A stretch of 64,000 nt of DNA from Chiloscyllium plagiosum. Taxonomy: Eukaryota. Location: assembly GCF_004010195.1 (NCBI RefSeq), contig NC_057723.1, forward strand, positions 22,006,474 to 22,070,473, written 5' to 3'. The notes under the pieces were generated by a model that saw only the letters and a program-made list of their open reading frames with translations, was not told the origin of the DNA and did not search any database. Positions 1 through 12,788 of this stretch are shown one piece after another. The position numbers and the translations under genes were made by a program. Each line of letters opens with the position of its first letter. The first letter of the stretch is position 1.

Positions 1-739
1 CAATCCATCATTAAACATGAAACCAACTGTAAAGTGATTTCAACATGAACTTTGTTTCATCAGTTTAGCTGGAGGTGACCAGATGACTGACTTGCCAAGC
101 GGAGTTTTAATGCTGTCTAGCCATTAATTGGCTTCAATCTGTTTTTTGTCAGCCACTAGGGAGAGACCCCATTTTGGAAAAATCAATTGGGTGAACAATA
201 CTTTATCTTTCCAGCAGTCTCACTGTGAGTGGCACTGTTCAGCAACATAGCCCCAACTGTGAGGTGATTGCAGGGGCTTGCGTGGACCAGATTGGCACAT
301 CTGGACACAGACTGTGAGGGTAGTGGTAGCTGCAGGAGTCAAGTATAGGGGGCAGTGGGAATGCAAAGAAGAGGGAGGAGATAAAACCTCAAGATGGGTA
401 CCTCCGATAAGGAAACAGGACTGCAAATGCCTGCTAGTTTTCATATAGTCAACGGAATGCTTCCTACCTCCCATATGGAAAGTCCCAGCACCAGCATGGG
501 AGGGCCTGTCTGATCAGGAATTAACCAATACTCCTCAATTGTCCAATGGGTGAGTACACTATGTAACACTGCCCCCTGCTGCTAGTAACATTACTGCAGC
601 TGTAGGGGGCAATATAAGGCGTTGGTGCCACTTTATTGCACCCACCTCCCATCGCTCCCCCTCCCACTGCCCCCCCTTCAATATCTGTCCCTTTCTCGGG
701 AAACAGCAAACTTCCAGCCCTTGATACCGGTAACAGATG

Positions 740-900
740 ATGGAACAGCTAGAAAAGAAACTTCTGAAAAACTTACTGAACCCAAAACAATAACTCTAAT
801 TTCACTACACAGATGCTGCCAGGCCTACTGAGCATTTTTACAGCAGTTTCTGCTTTTGTTTCTGATTTCCAGCATCCACAGTTCTTTCGGCGTTTCGTTT
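740..900. mobile_element. Penelope-like element terminal fragment
   Basis: acagatgctgccaggcctactgagca...tttccagcatccacag; related copies recur at ~31950, 32490, 48860 and 53750. Confidence 0.5.
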
Positions 901-2286
901 AGTAAAAAAGAAAGATTGTGTTTGATAGAGAAATGACAAAAGATTCCTTCAAATGTCAGGCATATACCCTTCAGGCATGCAACACTTTATGGAGAAATTG
1001 CCTGCATCCATTGTGGGCCTCTCCGTTCAGAGACAGTCTCTTTTCTACATTTTCTGAGGTTTCATTATCCTCCAATATCCAGTTCACAGGGGCACGCTGT
1101 GCTCACCAGTTCCTCCTCCCAAATTCAAATTCTGCCTTTTCCATCTGCCCGTACTTGAAGCATGCTCGGTTTTATAGGTTCCAGTTTCAGCCACTGCACT
1201 ATATCCAGGAAAGTCTTTCTGAGGTTTCTCAATTGCAGCACTGAACTCTCATTTTAACAACAAGCCTGAAACAGTGTAAATAAGATTGCTGCATGTTGTT
1301 GCACTCACGCCACCAGAAACAAACCACAATAGTCGTTGTGCCAACAGCCTTGCTCCTGACCAAATGACCTATGGCCCCCATTCACGTAAAGCAAAGACTG
1401 AAATTGATGAAAGCCTCATTGACTTGGAAGATCTCATATTATTTGACAGACACTTTGAAATTACAGTAATGATTTTTTTTTAAGTCTAAACAGTATCATA
1501 CAACCCAGTTATGTTACATATTCTGATCTAGAACAAATTCTTATAACTTAATGGACATAGTACTGTGCACATTGAGAATTAGCGTAATGACTTGCCTTGT
1601 CCGACTGAAGTTTCCCTGAGCAGTTCAAGGTTGATACCCTTTAATTTTCAGACCATGTTACCTACTCACATGGTTTCACTACAGAATCAGAGCTCGATTG
1701 CATTTTTCTGCTCAAAATAGATTGAAGCTTCTAGCAGGTGGTGTATGGGAGGCAATCCAAAGAAATGGCGTGGGTGAGTAAATAACCCACTGAAGTAAGT
1801 TAAAATAGACTGTGTTTATTTAAGTTTGCTCTGTGCAAAACATAATTAAATTTAAGCAACGTTGGTTGAATAAGCATTACCCCATTACACTTCAGAGGGC
1901 TCCATTCTGGTTTTCTCTCATAATTTCTATTCTGGGAATTCCACATCTTAACTGAACCATTCATGTTCAACCAGACACTCTGTACAGATGAGAAGTAATA
2001 TTCATTGACTAATCTCACATTTATTTCACTACGAGGATGCAATGCCAGGAGAATGTATATGTATGTTTGACTAATCTTACTCTTGGTTTTTGAAATAAAG
2101 TATCTGGTTCTAACTGTTTGTTCCAGCTGAGTCAGAAAGGTATAAATGTAAGTCTGGAACAAGTCAAAGTGAGAGTATTGCACAACAGTTACGGTGAACA
2201 AATGCATGATAGTGTTACCAATACTAGATTTTAAAGTGATAAAAATTGAAGTACTTTATTTTACTGCTTTTCTTATATTCATATGT

Positions 2287-2292
2287 TTTATT
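2287..2292 (-). terminator. AATAAA polyadenylation signal, LEAP2 paralogue 1
   Basis: tttatt on the plus strand, ~220 nt after the stop; same context (ttttattcaa) as 12789-12794 in paralogue 2. Confidence 0.6.
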
Positions 2293-2508
2293 CAAATTTA
2301 ATTGGTCATAAATACATATAAATATATTAATATGTGCTCGCAAATCAGCACTGTACACAATTCATTTAGTAGAGTACTTTGGTTAGAAAGTCGTTTACAC
2401 AAACATTGGGCATAAACTATTTACATAAGTGCATTGGTCAAAGTTCATTTACATGGCTATTTCTGACAACTTGTGACTGTTATCCTGTACAAAAGCTTTG
2501 TTTGAATG

Positions 2509-3936
2509 TCAATCTTCATTGGCTGCCAAGGCACAGCGCTTCTTTCTGTAAAAACAAGATAATACTTGGATTAGCATAATAGTAAAGCAATGTGACATTT
2601 TCTTAATTATGTAAAGGACTTTAAGAGAACATGTGGTTGTTATAATATCTATCATAATTATAAATGGAAAGACATCCCAATGAATTGTTTTTGCATTTAC
2701 TTTTTTATGATTTATTCACATTTATATTGTATCAACTTTGATGGTGATGTAAACCATACTTGTTCTGAATTTGGTGTCTATAAACAGTAAAATTCATAAT
2801 TTTGGAGAAGGCTTTAATTTCCTGTTTGAATAGATTACAATGTTTGCAATATGCTGACCCCAAAGATGGGTTTTCTTTGGAAAAAAAACAAAAGCACACA
2901 CAAGTTTAAAAATTTTAAATAATGTTGTGGAGCATATTGTACAGGATATTAATTAGTAATTTTTTTTGGTTAACTTCATTAGCCCTTTCTAGTTAGACCA
3001 CAACTGAAAAACTGGCCATGGTAATCTTCACATTATTTTGTCAAGGTTTTTCTTATTTACCTGCAGTATTTTGAGCTGCATTCCTCATTGCTCCTGCAAG
3101 AGGATCCAAGGGGTCTGTAAGTGATCCATCTCCAGAGAGGAGTCATTCTCCTGGCTCTCTGAAGCACAGTTTCTACTGGCCCAATAGCAGCACAGTCAGC
3201 CTGTGAGAAGAGGCACAATCAAATTATTCATAATATCACTGCAATCATCCACTAAGTAGTTTAATAGATCTTAATAATGAGTTAATAAATATATTTTTAC
3301 TCTGAAGCTGGATATAAGGCTTATGATAGCCTTTATCTATTTGTGCATGAAACTACGCAATCAGATCTGTGTGGCCCAGACAAGAAAGGTATAAAGTGTC
3401 ATTAACTCAAGTGCTTTGAATACAGAATGAGATTTGTGGTCTACTATCTCCATAGTAGCAATTTGAACCTACTCTATTTTATAAAATAAAACCTACATCT
3501 GATGACACTTAAAACTGGCATTGCTTAAATATGCTGTGTATTGCTGTCCAGAAGAAACAGGAAGAGAAGTTTTACTCAGACTTCAACTGTTAGTCCCTTC
3601 ACCAGCTGCCACAAGTTACAACAAGAGGCAGCTCTAGAATGAGCAACCCTCCACTTGTTCCATCCTTCCTATCAGAAGGACTGGCATTAGGTTTGGTGCC
3701 TCTCCCGATGTTAGTGGCAAAAGGGGTCTTACCATAATAAAGCTCACGTGTTTTGCCACTGTTGCACAGCTTTGTAACCAACTAATAAAGCATTGTAATG
3801 GAAAATAATGTATTACATTTCATAAATTCATTACATTATGGCATGCAAGAAATGATTTGAGTGTAAGTACCTGACTGACGAAAAGAGTTGAAGCCACGCA
3901 AATAATAAGAACGATGTTCAAAATCTGAGCATTCAT
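2509..3936 (-). CDS. LEAP2: Liver-expressed antimicrobial peptide 2, paralogue 1; CDS complement(join(2509..2545,3061..3200,3871..3936)), 80 aa
   Basis: Hand-spliced with GT-AG introns (phases 0 and 2): MNAQILNIVLIICVASTLFVSQ|ADCAAIGPVETVLQRARR-MTPLWRWITYRPLGSSCRSNEECSSKYCR|KKRCALAANED*. It has a signal peptide, an RARR furin site and a 40-aa mature peptide with Cys17/23/28/33 as in human LEAP2 ([40 protein letters not shown]). It lies next to UQCRQ and GDF9 as in human. Confidence 0.97.
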
Positions 3937-4005
3937 TTCTGCAGAGGATTCTGTAATAGCTGCGCACTTAGAAATATTCATAGCTAAAACGTGTGATGCC
4001 TTGCA

Positions 4006-4250
4006 TTTTATAGAGCAGCCACTTGGCATTGGCCCAAATTCTTGACGTTATTACAGGTGATTTTGCTGGCTCATGAAGCAAAGATCAACTCCTTCAGATT
4101 CATAATCTACTAGAGGCAGAAACAGCAAATAAGATAACAAGGACTAAAGTATGGTTGGGGGAAGGGAAAGAAATGCTCAGGTTCCTTGTGGATTTACAAC
4201 TGTTTAATAAAATATAAAGGTTAAATGTTGTTAGACTGCACTACAGGTAT
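4006..4250 (-). promoter_or_regulatory. LEAP2 paralogue 1 promoter: TATAAAA (4006-4012) plus a block conserved with paralogue 2
   Basis: TATA box ~70 nt above the ATG; acaggtgattttgctggctcatgaagcaaagatcaa (4053-4088) is shared almost exactly with 14831-14866. Confidence 0.75.
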
Positions 4251-5469
4251 ACTCTGAAAATGTGCAATCTCACATTGCCATCAATGCACATGCAAACCTT
4301 CCCAATCACCAGCCCATACTTTGAAAATATGGGCTAATGTAATAAATTTTTAAAAATGATTAAACTTGCTCTTTCAAACAGACCTTCTACTGTTGGACTC
4401 TTACCAAATTTAATTAACCAATAATGTGGCAGCAGATCTAATGAGTTTTGTGCCAATAGCTTTTAAAGATTTAGTTCAAGGGTGATGTTAGAGAAAAAAA
4501 ATGTTTCTCACAGTGAGTAGTTAGGCTTTGGAAGGCATGGCCTTGAAATGTGGTGAAAGCAGGTTCAATCGAGTTGTTTGAGAGGGCTTGAGATGAATAA
4601 TTGGATAGAAATGATGTGCAGGAATATGAGGAAATTGAAGGAGATTAGCACTTGGTAATAGAACTGATACAGGCATATTGAGCCAAATATATCCCTTCTG
4701 TGCCATAACAACTCTGTGATCCATATTGTTAACATTAAATTTTCTTCATATTCGTATAACAATGGTATGAGTTATACTAAAAGATTTATCAGTATAATAT
4801 TAGAATAAAATCGGCAAAATAATAATTCTGATCAACCTTAAATAGAAGTTGAGCTGAATTTAAATCTTCGACTTCTCCAATACTCCATTCTCACTTTTTG
4901 CTTTTTACATTATGACAATTTTCATTAAGTTCAAACCGTCAAAGAGAGAAGTGGTATGTACACGACTATTTTCTTGACGTCAAGTCATCCCAACTCACAT
5001 TTGGGAGAAGTCATTTTGGAGCGTTAGTTACTGTGGCAATATACAAAAAGAATGCTGGCATTTCTGTGGCTCACTGATCTAATATTGATGTGAAATCCTC
5101 ATTCCTAAAAGTATGTTCATTTACCGGATGAAATTCAATGGACGGAAGTGTGAAGTGCTTCATTTTGTAGGTAGAACATGGAGAGACAATGTAAAATGAA
5201 GGGTTTAACTCTTAAATAGGATGCAGGAGCTAAGAGACCTTGGTGTGAGCATGCAAAGATCTTTGATGGTGGCAGAGCAGCTTGAGAGAGTAGTTTATAA
5301 AGCATATTCCTAAGCTTTATTAACAGGAATTAACAGTATTATTATAGTATTAACAGCAGAAGCAGTTCCAGGAATGAGCAACTTCAATTATGTGTGTACA
5401 TTGCAGAAGTTGGAAGTGTGGTAGTGAAGAAGAAAAGATTGAGAGCAAACTTGGTAGGGGTATAGCAAA

Positions 5470-6920
5470 TAGAGATGGATAGCACTGAAACAGATCCTTT
5501 GGTCCAACTCATCCATGCAGATATCTTAAATCATCCCAGCTGCCAGCATTTGGCCCATATCCTTCTAAACCTTTCCTATTCATATACCAATCCAGATACC
5601 TTTTAAATGTTATTATTGTACCAGCCTCCACCACATCCTGTGCTCATTCCATACATGCATCACCCCCTGCATGAAAACATTGCCCCTCCAGTCCTTTTAA
5701 ATCTTTCCACTCTGAGCTTAAACCTATGCCCTCTAGTTTTGGACTTTCCGATCATAGAGAATAGACCTTAATTGTTCACCCTATCTATGACCCTCCTGAT
5801 TATATAAACTTCCATCAGGGCTACCCTTCAGCCTCCAATGCTCCAGGGAAAATAGCCCCAGCCTACTCAACCTCTGCCTAAAGCTCAAACCCACCAACAC
5901 TGGCAACATCCTTGTAAATCTTTTCTGCACCCTTTCAAATTTCACAACATCCTCCCTATAGCAGGAAGATCAAAATTGAATGCTGTATTCCAAAAGTGGC
6001 CTCATCTGTCTTGTACAGTTTAATATGACCTCCCAACTCTGATACTGAATGCACTGAACAATAAAGGCAAGTATACCATACGCATTCTTCACCATACTGT
6101 CCAACTGCAACTCCACTTTCAAGGAACAATGAACTTGCACATTCAAGGTCTCTTTGTTTAGCAACACTTCCCAGAACCTTACTGTTAAGTATGTCCTTCC
6201 CTGATTTGTCCTACCAAAATATGGCACCTCACATTTATCTAGATTAAACTCCATCAGCCACTCCTTAGCCCATTGGCCCATCTGATCAAGGTCCCATTGT
6301 ACTCTGAGGGTACCTCCTTTGCTGTCCACTACACCTCCAGTTTTGGTGTCATTTTCAAACTTACTAACCATACCTCCTATGTTCACATCCATATCATTTA
6401 CATAAATGACAATAAGCAGTGGACCCAGCACTGATCCTTGTGGCACATTGCTGGTCACAGGCTTCCAGTCCAAAAAACAACCCCCCACTGTCACGATCTG
6501 TCTCCTATGTGCAAACCAATTTTGTATCCAAATGAGTAGTTCTCTCTGTATTCCATGTGATCTAACCTTGTTTACCAGACTACCGTGCAGAACTTTGTTG
6601 AACGTCTTCTGAAGTCCATAGAAACAACGTTCACTGCTCTGCTTTCATCAATCCTCTTCATCACTTCTTCAGAAAACTCAATCAAGTTAGTGGGACATAA
6701 TTTCCACACACAAAGCTATGTTGACTATACCTAATCAGTCCTTGCCTTTCAAAATACATATGAATCCTATCCCTCAGAATCTTCTCCAACAACTTGACCC
6801 AACTGACATCAGGCTCACCAGTCTATATTTCCCTGGCTTTTCCTGACCACCTTTCTTAAATCAAGGCACCACATTAGCCAACCTCCAGTCTTCTGGCATC
6901 TTACCATGGCTATTGATGAT
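5470..6920 (-). mobile_element. CR1/HER1-type LINE, 5'-truncated (RT plus 3' end)
   Basis: ORF 5970..6494 has [11 protein letters not shown]...SKFENDTK...MEFNLDKCEV...RPLLEY RT motifs; older plus-strand CR1 debris at ~5130-5460. Confidence 0.9.
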
Positions 6921-7134
6921 ATGGTTCCAAATGGATGGGGCAATACTGTTCCTAATAGAATGTTAAGAACGAAGACATTGATTTCATGTAACTGACCAAA
7001 GAAGTAATGGAGACATAGAGAAAAGATTTCGCACACAATTCCAGAATATGCTGTCAATCAAGGTATTCTAGGTAGGTTGGATTATTATCTAATCAGAAGA
7101 ATGCAAGGTGATGGGGAGAAGCTGGAGGAAGGGC

Positions 7135-7780
7135 CATTAAGTATGCCTTCCTTTTATTTGTCAGAACATTGAGTACAGGAGTTGGGAGGTCATGTTGCAG
7201 CTGTACAGGACATTGGTTAGGCCACATTTGGAATATTGTGTGCAGTTCTGGTCTCCCTCCTATTGGAAGGATGTTATGAAATTTGAAAGGGTTCAGAAAA
7301 GATTTACAAGGATGTTGCCATGGTTGGAGGGTTTGAGCTACAAGGAGAAGCTGAATAGGCTGGGGCTGTTTTCCCCGCAGAATTGGAGGCTGAGGGCTGG
7401 CCTTATAGAGGTATATAAAATCATGAGGGGGATGGATAGAGTAAATAGACAAGGTGTTTTCCCTAGGGTGGGGGAGTCCAGAACTAGAGGGCATAGGTTT
7501 AGGATGAGAGGGTAAAGATTTAAAAGGGACTGAAGGGGCAACTTTTTCATGCAGATGGTGGCACGTGTATGGAATGAGCTGCTAGAGGAAGCTGTGGAGA
7601 TTGGTACAATGACAACATTTAAAAGACATCTGGATGGTTATATGAATAGAAAAGGTTTAGAGGGATATGGACCAAATGTTGGCAAGTGGGTCTAGATTAA
7701 TTTAGGATATCTGGTTGGCATGGATGTGTTGGACCAAAAGGTCTATTTGAGTGCTATACATCTCTATGACTCAATGACTC
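7135..7780 (+). mobile_element. CR1/HER1 LINE 3' fragment
   Basis: [19 protein letters not shown]...RTRGH peptide; (ctatgact)n tail. Confidence 0.9.
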
Positions 7781-8881
7781 TAAGTGAATTACTCACTTCG
7801 GAGATCCAGCACAGACAATCAGAATGGTCATCTCTGCTCATGTACCAACTCTTTGATTCAGATTTTCTGTGTACAGCACTTAGCAGCTTCAAATCACCAA
7901 AGTACACGATAGGTTAACTGATAGAAACCCCAGGTTGTTTGATAACATTGATATATTTTAAAAGATTGACAAGCCCCCTCCACCCCTCCCCCCTTAGGAT
8001 TATATAGGACTAAAAATAAAATTGACAAAATTAAAATGAGGGGATTTGATCGAAACATGTAAAATCTCTGAATCTATTTTAAAAACAGATATATTTCTAG
8101 ACGCTAAATACCTCAGGAGGCTGGTGCCAGAGTGAAAGTCTGGTGTTGAAATAAGCAATCAGCCATGATCATATTAAGTGGTAGAGCAGACTTGATGGAC
8201 TGAATGGCCTACTCCTGCTCCTATTTTCTATGTTTCTTTATTACTCCTGACTGTTTTAATTGATTGAAACATTTATAATTTTCATTCTTCAACCCTGATA
8301 AAGTTGTAAATCACGTTTCCTACATTATGAACACAGCTCAGTTTATAGTTGCACAAGTTCTTTCTAAATGCAATTTCTCGTTCAGTTCCTGCTCTGTGAA
8401 AATAACCTTACAATGCAGTTTTCTTCACATGCGATAGTGCCGAAAATGATAAGGTCTGTAATCATAACTTGATCATGCCGGCTCCTTGAGTTAATGACAA
8501 TGGGCATGCAGTGAGATCACGTAGTCAACATACTGTCTTTCAATTTTACTTTAATACATAAGTTCTATCCATAAAATGTTGCAGTTAAGTTTCTGCTGCA
8601 AACAAAACCAAGTAGAGACAAAGCCTAAGATTAACCGTGAATCTAAGCCCAAATCTACCCATGAACTTGAATGCAACCAATAAGTAAATTCCAGTTTCAA
8701 ATTATGCTCCTAGGCTGAATCTTCTGCTGAGCATGGAATAAATGTTCTTCCAGTATAAATGTCAGGGGCTGATTGTGCCTCCATTTGGCTGGTTCACCCC
8801 ACAGCTTTCTATCAGCTCTGGGGCATTGGTAGGCTGCCAATGAGAATCCTCTGTCTCTGAGAGAATCTGAGTAATCAAGTG

Positions 8882-9195
8882 ATGCAACACAATGGCTCAG
8901 TGGTTAACACTGATGCCTCAGAGCACCAGGAACATGGGTTCAGTTCCAGCCTCTGGTGACTATGTGGGTTTCTGCCCGGTGAGGTGGTTTCCTCCCACAG
9001 TCTGAAGATGTGCAGATTAAGTGGGTTGACTACTGTAGTGATTACCCTGTAGTGTTCAGGCTAGGTGGGTTAGGCATGTGGGGTTACGGGCAGAGGGTGG
9101 GGGAGCTGGGTATGGATGGGATGTTCTTCAGAGGGTTGGTACAGACCCAATGGGCCAAATGGCCTCCTCCCGTACTTAGAGATTCTATGATTCTA
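8882..9195 (+). mobile_element. HE1-like tRNA-derived V-SINE (diverged)
   Basis: A-box tggctcagtggtt, B-box ggttcagttcc, V-domain remnant ggtttcctcccacagtc, CR1-like tail gattctatgattcta. Confidence 0.75.
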
Positions 9196-10072
9196 CTTGA
9201 TAGCAGGTGTCTTGTGCAGGCAGCCCAGTGGGGAGTGGACTGTGCAGCAGTGGAATTCAGACTGTGAGATGAAAATAGGTGTTGGATAAGGCTGACGATA
9301 ACAAGAACTGATAAGAGACTTTACAATGGGCTGTGGAGCTAGCACTGAATCATTCACGTCTGCTAAGAGCTCATTGTAACTGCTGTAACTCTCCCAAATA
9401 AGGACGGAACATTCGGGATTGGTCACGTGCACAGATAATTTCAAATAAGGTGTACATTTGGCATAGAGGCCTGTGTATAAAGCGTCCCAGGAAAATCCTT
9501 GATTTTTGGCAGGACTTTGAAGAATAACTCTGTAGGAGGTCCCCTATGTCAGGAGGCATGGTGAAGATATCAAGATGGGTTCCCATCTGCTTGCTGCCAA
9601 CTCTCCTGGGTATTAATGTCTGGTGTTATTTACAGAACTCAGGGTAGTCAAAGACAATGAATGAAATTTAAAGCAAGTGTTATTCATCTAAGTACTTAAT
9701 AAATTAATTGAGTTTTATAGAGTTCTAAGTATCTTTGTCTATGTATATATTGTTATCTCTCAGAGAAGCGCAACATGGGTCTTGCCTGTGGGCCAGGCTG
9801 GAATATACGGGCATGGGGTCTAAAGGGTTGAGGCAGAGATTGACAAGATCTTTGGGATGCAGAGTCAAAGGGAAAGGGTTCACACCCTGAGACAGAGTGG
9901 GAGAATGTCTCTGATAGACACCAATGGTTGCAATTAAGGCAGACACCTTCCAAGCCAAAACTTCACCACATTTAACGTGGCAGACTGAATACCTGCTCCA
10001 ACTCTAGTAAAATACCACTGCCAGCATAGAAGGCCCTTTGTTGGTCATTAATTTGAGTATTAGGCCGCACAT

Positions 10073-10385
10073 GGGGTGGCACAGTGGCTCAGTGGTTAGC
10101 ACTGCTGCCTCACAGCACCAGGGTCCCAGGTTCAATTCCAGCCTCGGGCGACTGTCTGTGTGGAGTTTGCACATTCTCCCCATGTCTCTGTGGGTTTTCT
10201 CCGGGTGCTCTGGTTTCCTCCCACATTCCAAAGATGTGCAGGGCAGGTGAATTGGCCATGGTAAATGACCCATGGTGTTAGGTGCATTAGTCAGAGGGAA
10301 ATGGGTCTGGGTGGATTACTCTTCGGTGGGTTGGTGTGGACTTGTTGGGCTGAAGGGCCTCTTTCTACATTGTAGGTAATCATTA
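10073..10385 (+). mobile_element. HE1 V-SINE
   Basis: tRNA head, V-domain (gtggagtttgcacattctcccc...ggtttcctcccac), HER1-like tail. Confidence 0.9.
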
Positions 10386-11171
10386 GTTGGCCTGTAGGTT
10401 GAATGGTGTACCCAGTGACTCCACTGGCACTGGTAAAGTTGCAGCTGTATGGAAGCGAAGGATAATTAGCCATAGAAGGGTATTGCTTTTATGGCACCTA
10501 GCTGCTATCCTGCTCTTGAAGGCTGTACATTTGCACGCTCAAAGCTGGGTGGAAGGATGTGTTGCGTAGAGATGTGGCAGTGTTGTTTGGACTGAGTGAG
10601 TGGATGAATACATGCCAGATGCAATATAATGTGGATAAATGTGAGATTATCCAGTTTGGTAGCAAAAATAGGAAGGCAGATTATTATTGCTTCCGTTTCT
10701 TTTGAGTGATGTCCTCCACAATATTTATATTGTGTTCTTTGTTATATCGAGCAATGAGCCTGAAAGGGTCAACCCTGAAGCTTTTTACGGCCCATAGATA
10801 CAAGTGACTCTTTCTGGGAGAAAGCTAGTCACTTCTAAAGTTTATTGCTGTCCGTTAGTCTTACCTCTGCTGTTAACAACCATGTATCTTAGTTTAGCCT
10901 GGTAACACTTAGTCTCTTATCAATTGTATCATAGTTAACCAGTTTTAAGATAATATAATCTGTCATCTTCCTATTATTTAATAAATTTCTCCTTGTTACT
11001 CAAGTGTATGCCACTTCTGCTGACAACTTTGTAGTTAATCCTTCACAATTTGATATTAGTAAGTCCATTGATTAGAATGACAAGAAGGATTGGGGTTGGA
11101 TCATCATCCCCACATGAGAGCTTAGTGGAGCCAGGTGCCAGCTGCAGACATCTCTTCCCACAAGGTGCCAT

Positions 11172-11503
11172 GGGTGGCCCAGTGACTCAGTGGTTAGCAC
11201 TGCTGCCTCACAGCACCAGGGAGCCGGGTTCAATTCCAGCCTCAGTTTGCACATTCTCCCAGTATCTGTATGAGTTTCCTCTGGGTGCTCCGGTTTCCTC
11301 CCACAACCCAAAGACGTGCAGGTTGGGTGAATTGGCCATGCTAAAATGCCCATGGTGTTTTAGAATGTGTGGGCTAGGTGCATTAGTCAGGGTAAATATA
11401 GGATAATAAGGTAGGGGAATGGGTCTGAGTGGGTTACTCTTCAGTGGGTCAGTGTGGACTTGTTGGGCTGAAGGGCCTGTTTCCATACTGTAGGGATTCT
11501 ATG
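11172..11503 (+). mobile_element. HE1 V-SINE
   Basis: Same head, V-domain and tail as 10073-10385. Confidence 0.9.
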
Positions 11504-11967
11504 ATGCTATATCCTCTGTCATTGAGCTTACTGCTGGCTCTGCTGCAAATATCTCTGTTTCTTTTGCAGTCCATTCTTCTCATTTGGCCTGGAACGTGTC
11601 TCAGCATGATGCAAAGCTGTAACTGTTCTCTCAATTAATATGCTGTAGCTGAAGATTGACAACCTCAGAACTTCTACACGTGTTATTAGCTTTCTTGATG
11701 CTAAATTTCACTTTTCTCAGCGGGTGTAATCTCCCATCAGGAGCTCTAATGCTTAAAATAATCCAATCTCAGATGAGATCATCTTCAATTGTTCAATCTC
11801 TCAGAATATAGCTAAAACATTTCAGTACAATCATATATTAATCCCTTGAGCTTCACTGTTGAACAAATGTAACTTATATCATGTGAACCAATCTAGGGTC
11901 TTCAAAGCTTTCAAAATTTCTGAAGTCTCACTGTTCTTCCCTTTAGTGAGAATCAGGACACAATTCA

Positions 11968-12268
11968 GGGCAGCACGGTGGCACAGTGGTTAGCACTGCT
12001 GCCTCACAGCGCCAGAGACCGGGGTTCAATTCCTGCCTCAGGCGACTGACTATGTGGAGTTTGCACATTCTCCCTGTGTCTGTGTGGATTTCCTCTGGGT
12101 GGTCTAGTTTCCTCCCACAGTCCAAAAATGTGCAGGTTAGGTGAATTGGCCATGCTAAATTCCCCGTAGTGTTAGGAGTAGGGGAATGGGTCTGGGTGAG
12201 TGGCGGGTCGGTGTGGACTTGTTGGGCCGAAGGGCCTGTTTCCATACTGTAAGTAATCTAATCTAATC
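11968..12268 (+). mobile_element. HE1 V-SINE (young-looking)
   Basis: gggcagcacggtggcacagtggttagcactgctgcc head, B-box ggttcaattcc, (taatc)n tail, CpGs retained. Confidence 0.92.
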
Positions 12269-12788
12269 AAACTAGCAATAATCTTACCCGAGCACTCTGA
12301 ACAGGGGGTTCGTAATTCTTATATGGCTCCGGTTTTCTAATTCTGTACGTATTTTATAGTTTTTTTCACTGAAAGTGGAAGAAATTTCAATTAAGTCTCT
12401 CATACCTCCTTTCATTTTCACCGCAACAAGGAATGGAAAATGCCCATCAATTTTGACACACCCAGTAATTCAAAGTTACAGACTTCTTTTTAACTTCTTT
12501 CTTTCAGTAGTTGAATCTTAGAGCAATGAAATTCTACACATTTCTAGCTGCTCCAAACTGATGCCGTGCTCCATGTTGTGTGAGGATTAGCTACCACAGA
12601 TTACACACAAAGGCAGCAGAGGTTGAGGTCACATAACAATAGGAAAAAATGCCAGTAGATTAAAGATACAATTGTATTCCACGAATCATAACCCACTGGC
12701 ATAAGGAAACAGTAGACATATCTATTTCAGTTTCCATACTCCAAAATATCATGGAATTGATTAACTTTCAGACAATACATTTTTCCAT

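Noticed and set aside
1-2200. Expected AFF4 3' end (syntenic neighbour), and SHROOM1/SOWAHA exons at the right end of the window
   Set aside because: No recognisable coding exon was found by eye; UTR or small exons cannot be excluded.
3937-4029. Longer N-terminus of ORF 3820..4029 (MPSG.../MNISK...) and the similar ORF 14539..14859
   Set aside because: The extensions run through or right beside the TATA box, and the ORF ends read into intron 1. The conserved start is MNAQ in both paralogues.
11968-12045. tRNA-like A/B boxes as tRNA genes
   Set aside because: They are SINE heads followed by the V-domain and LINE tail; no full cloverleaf or terminator.
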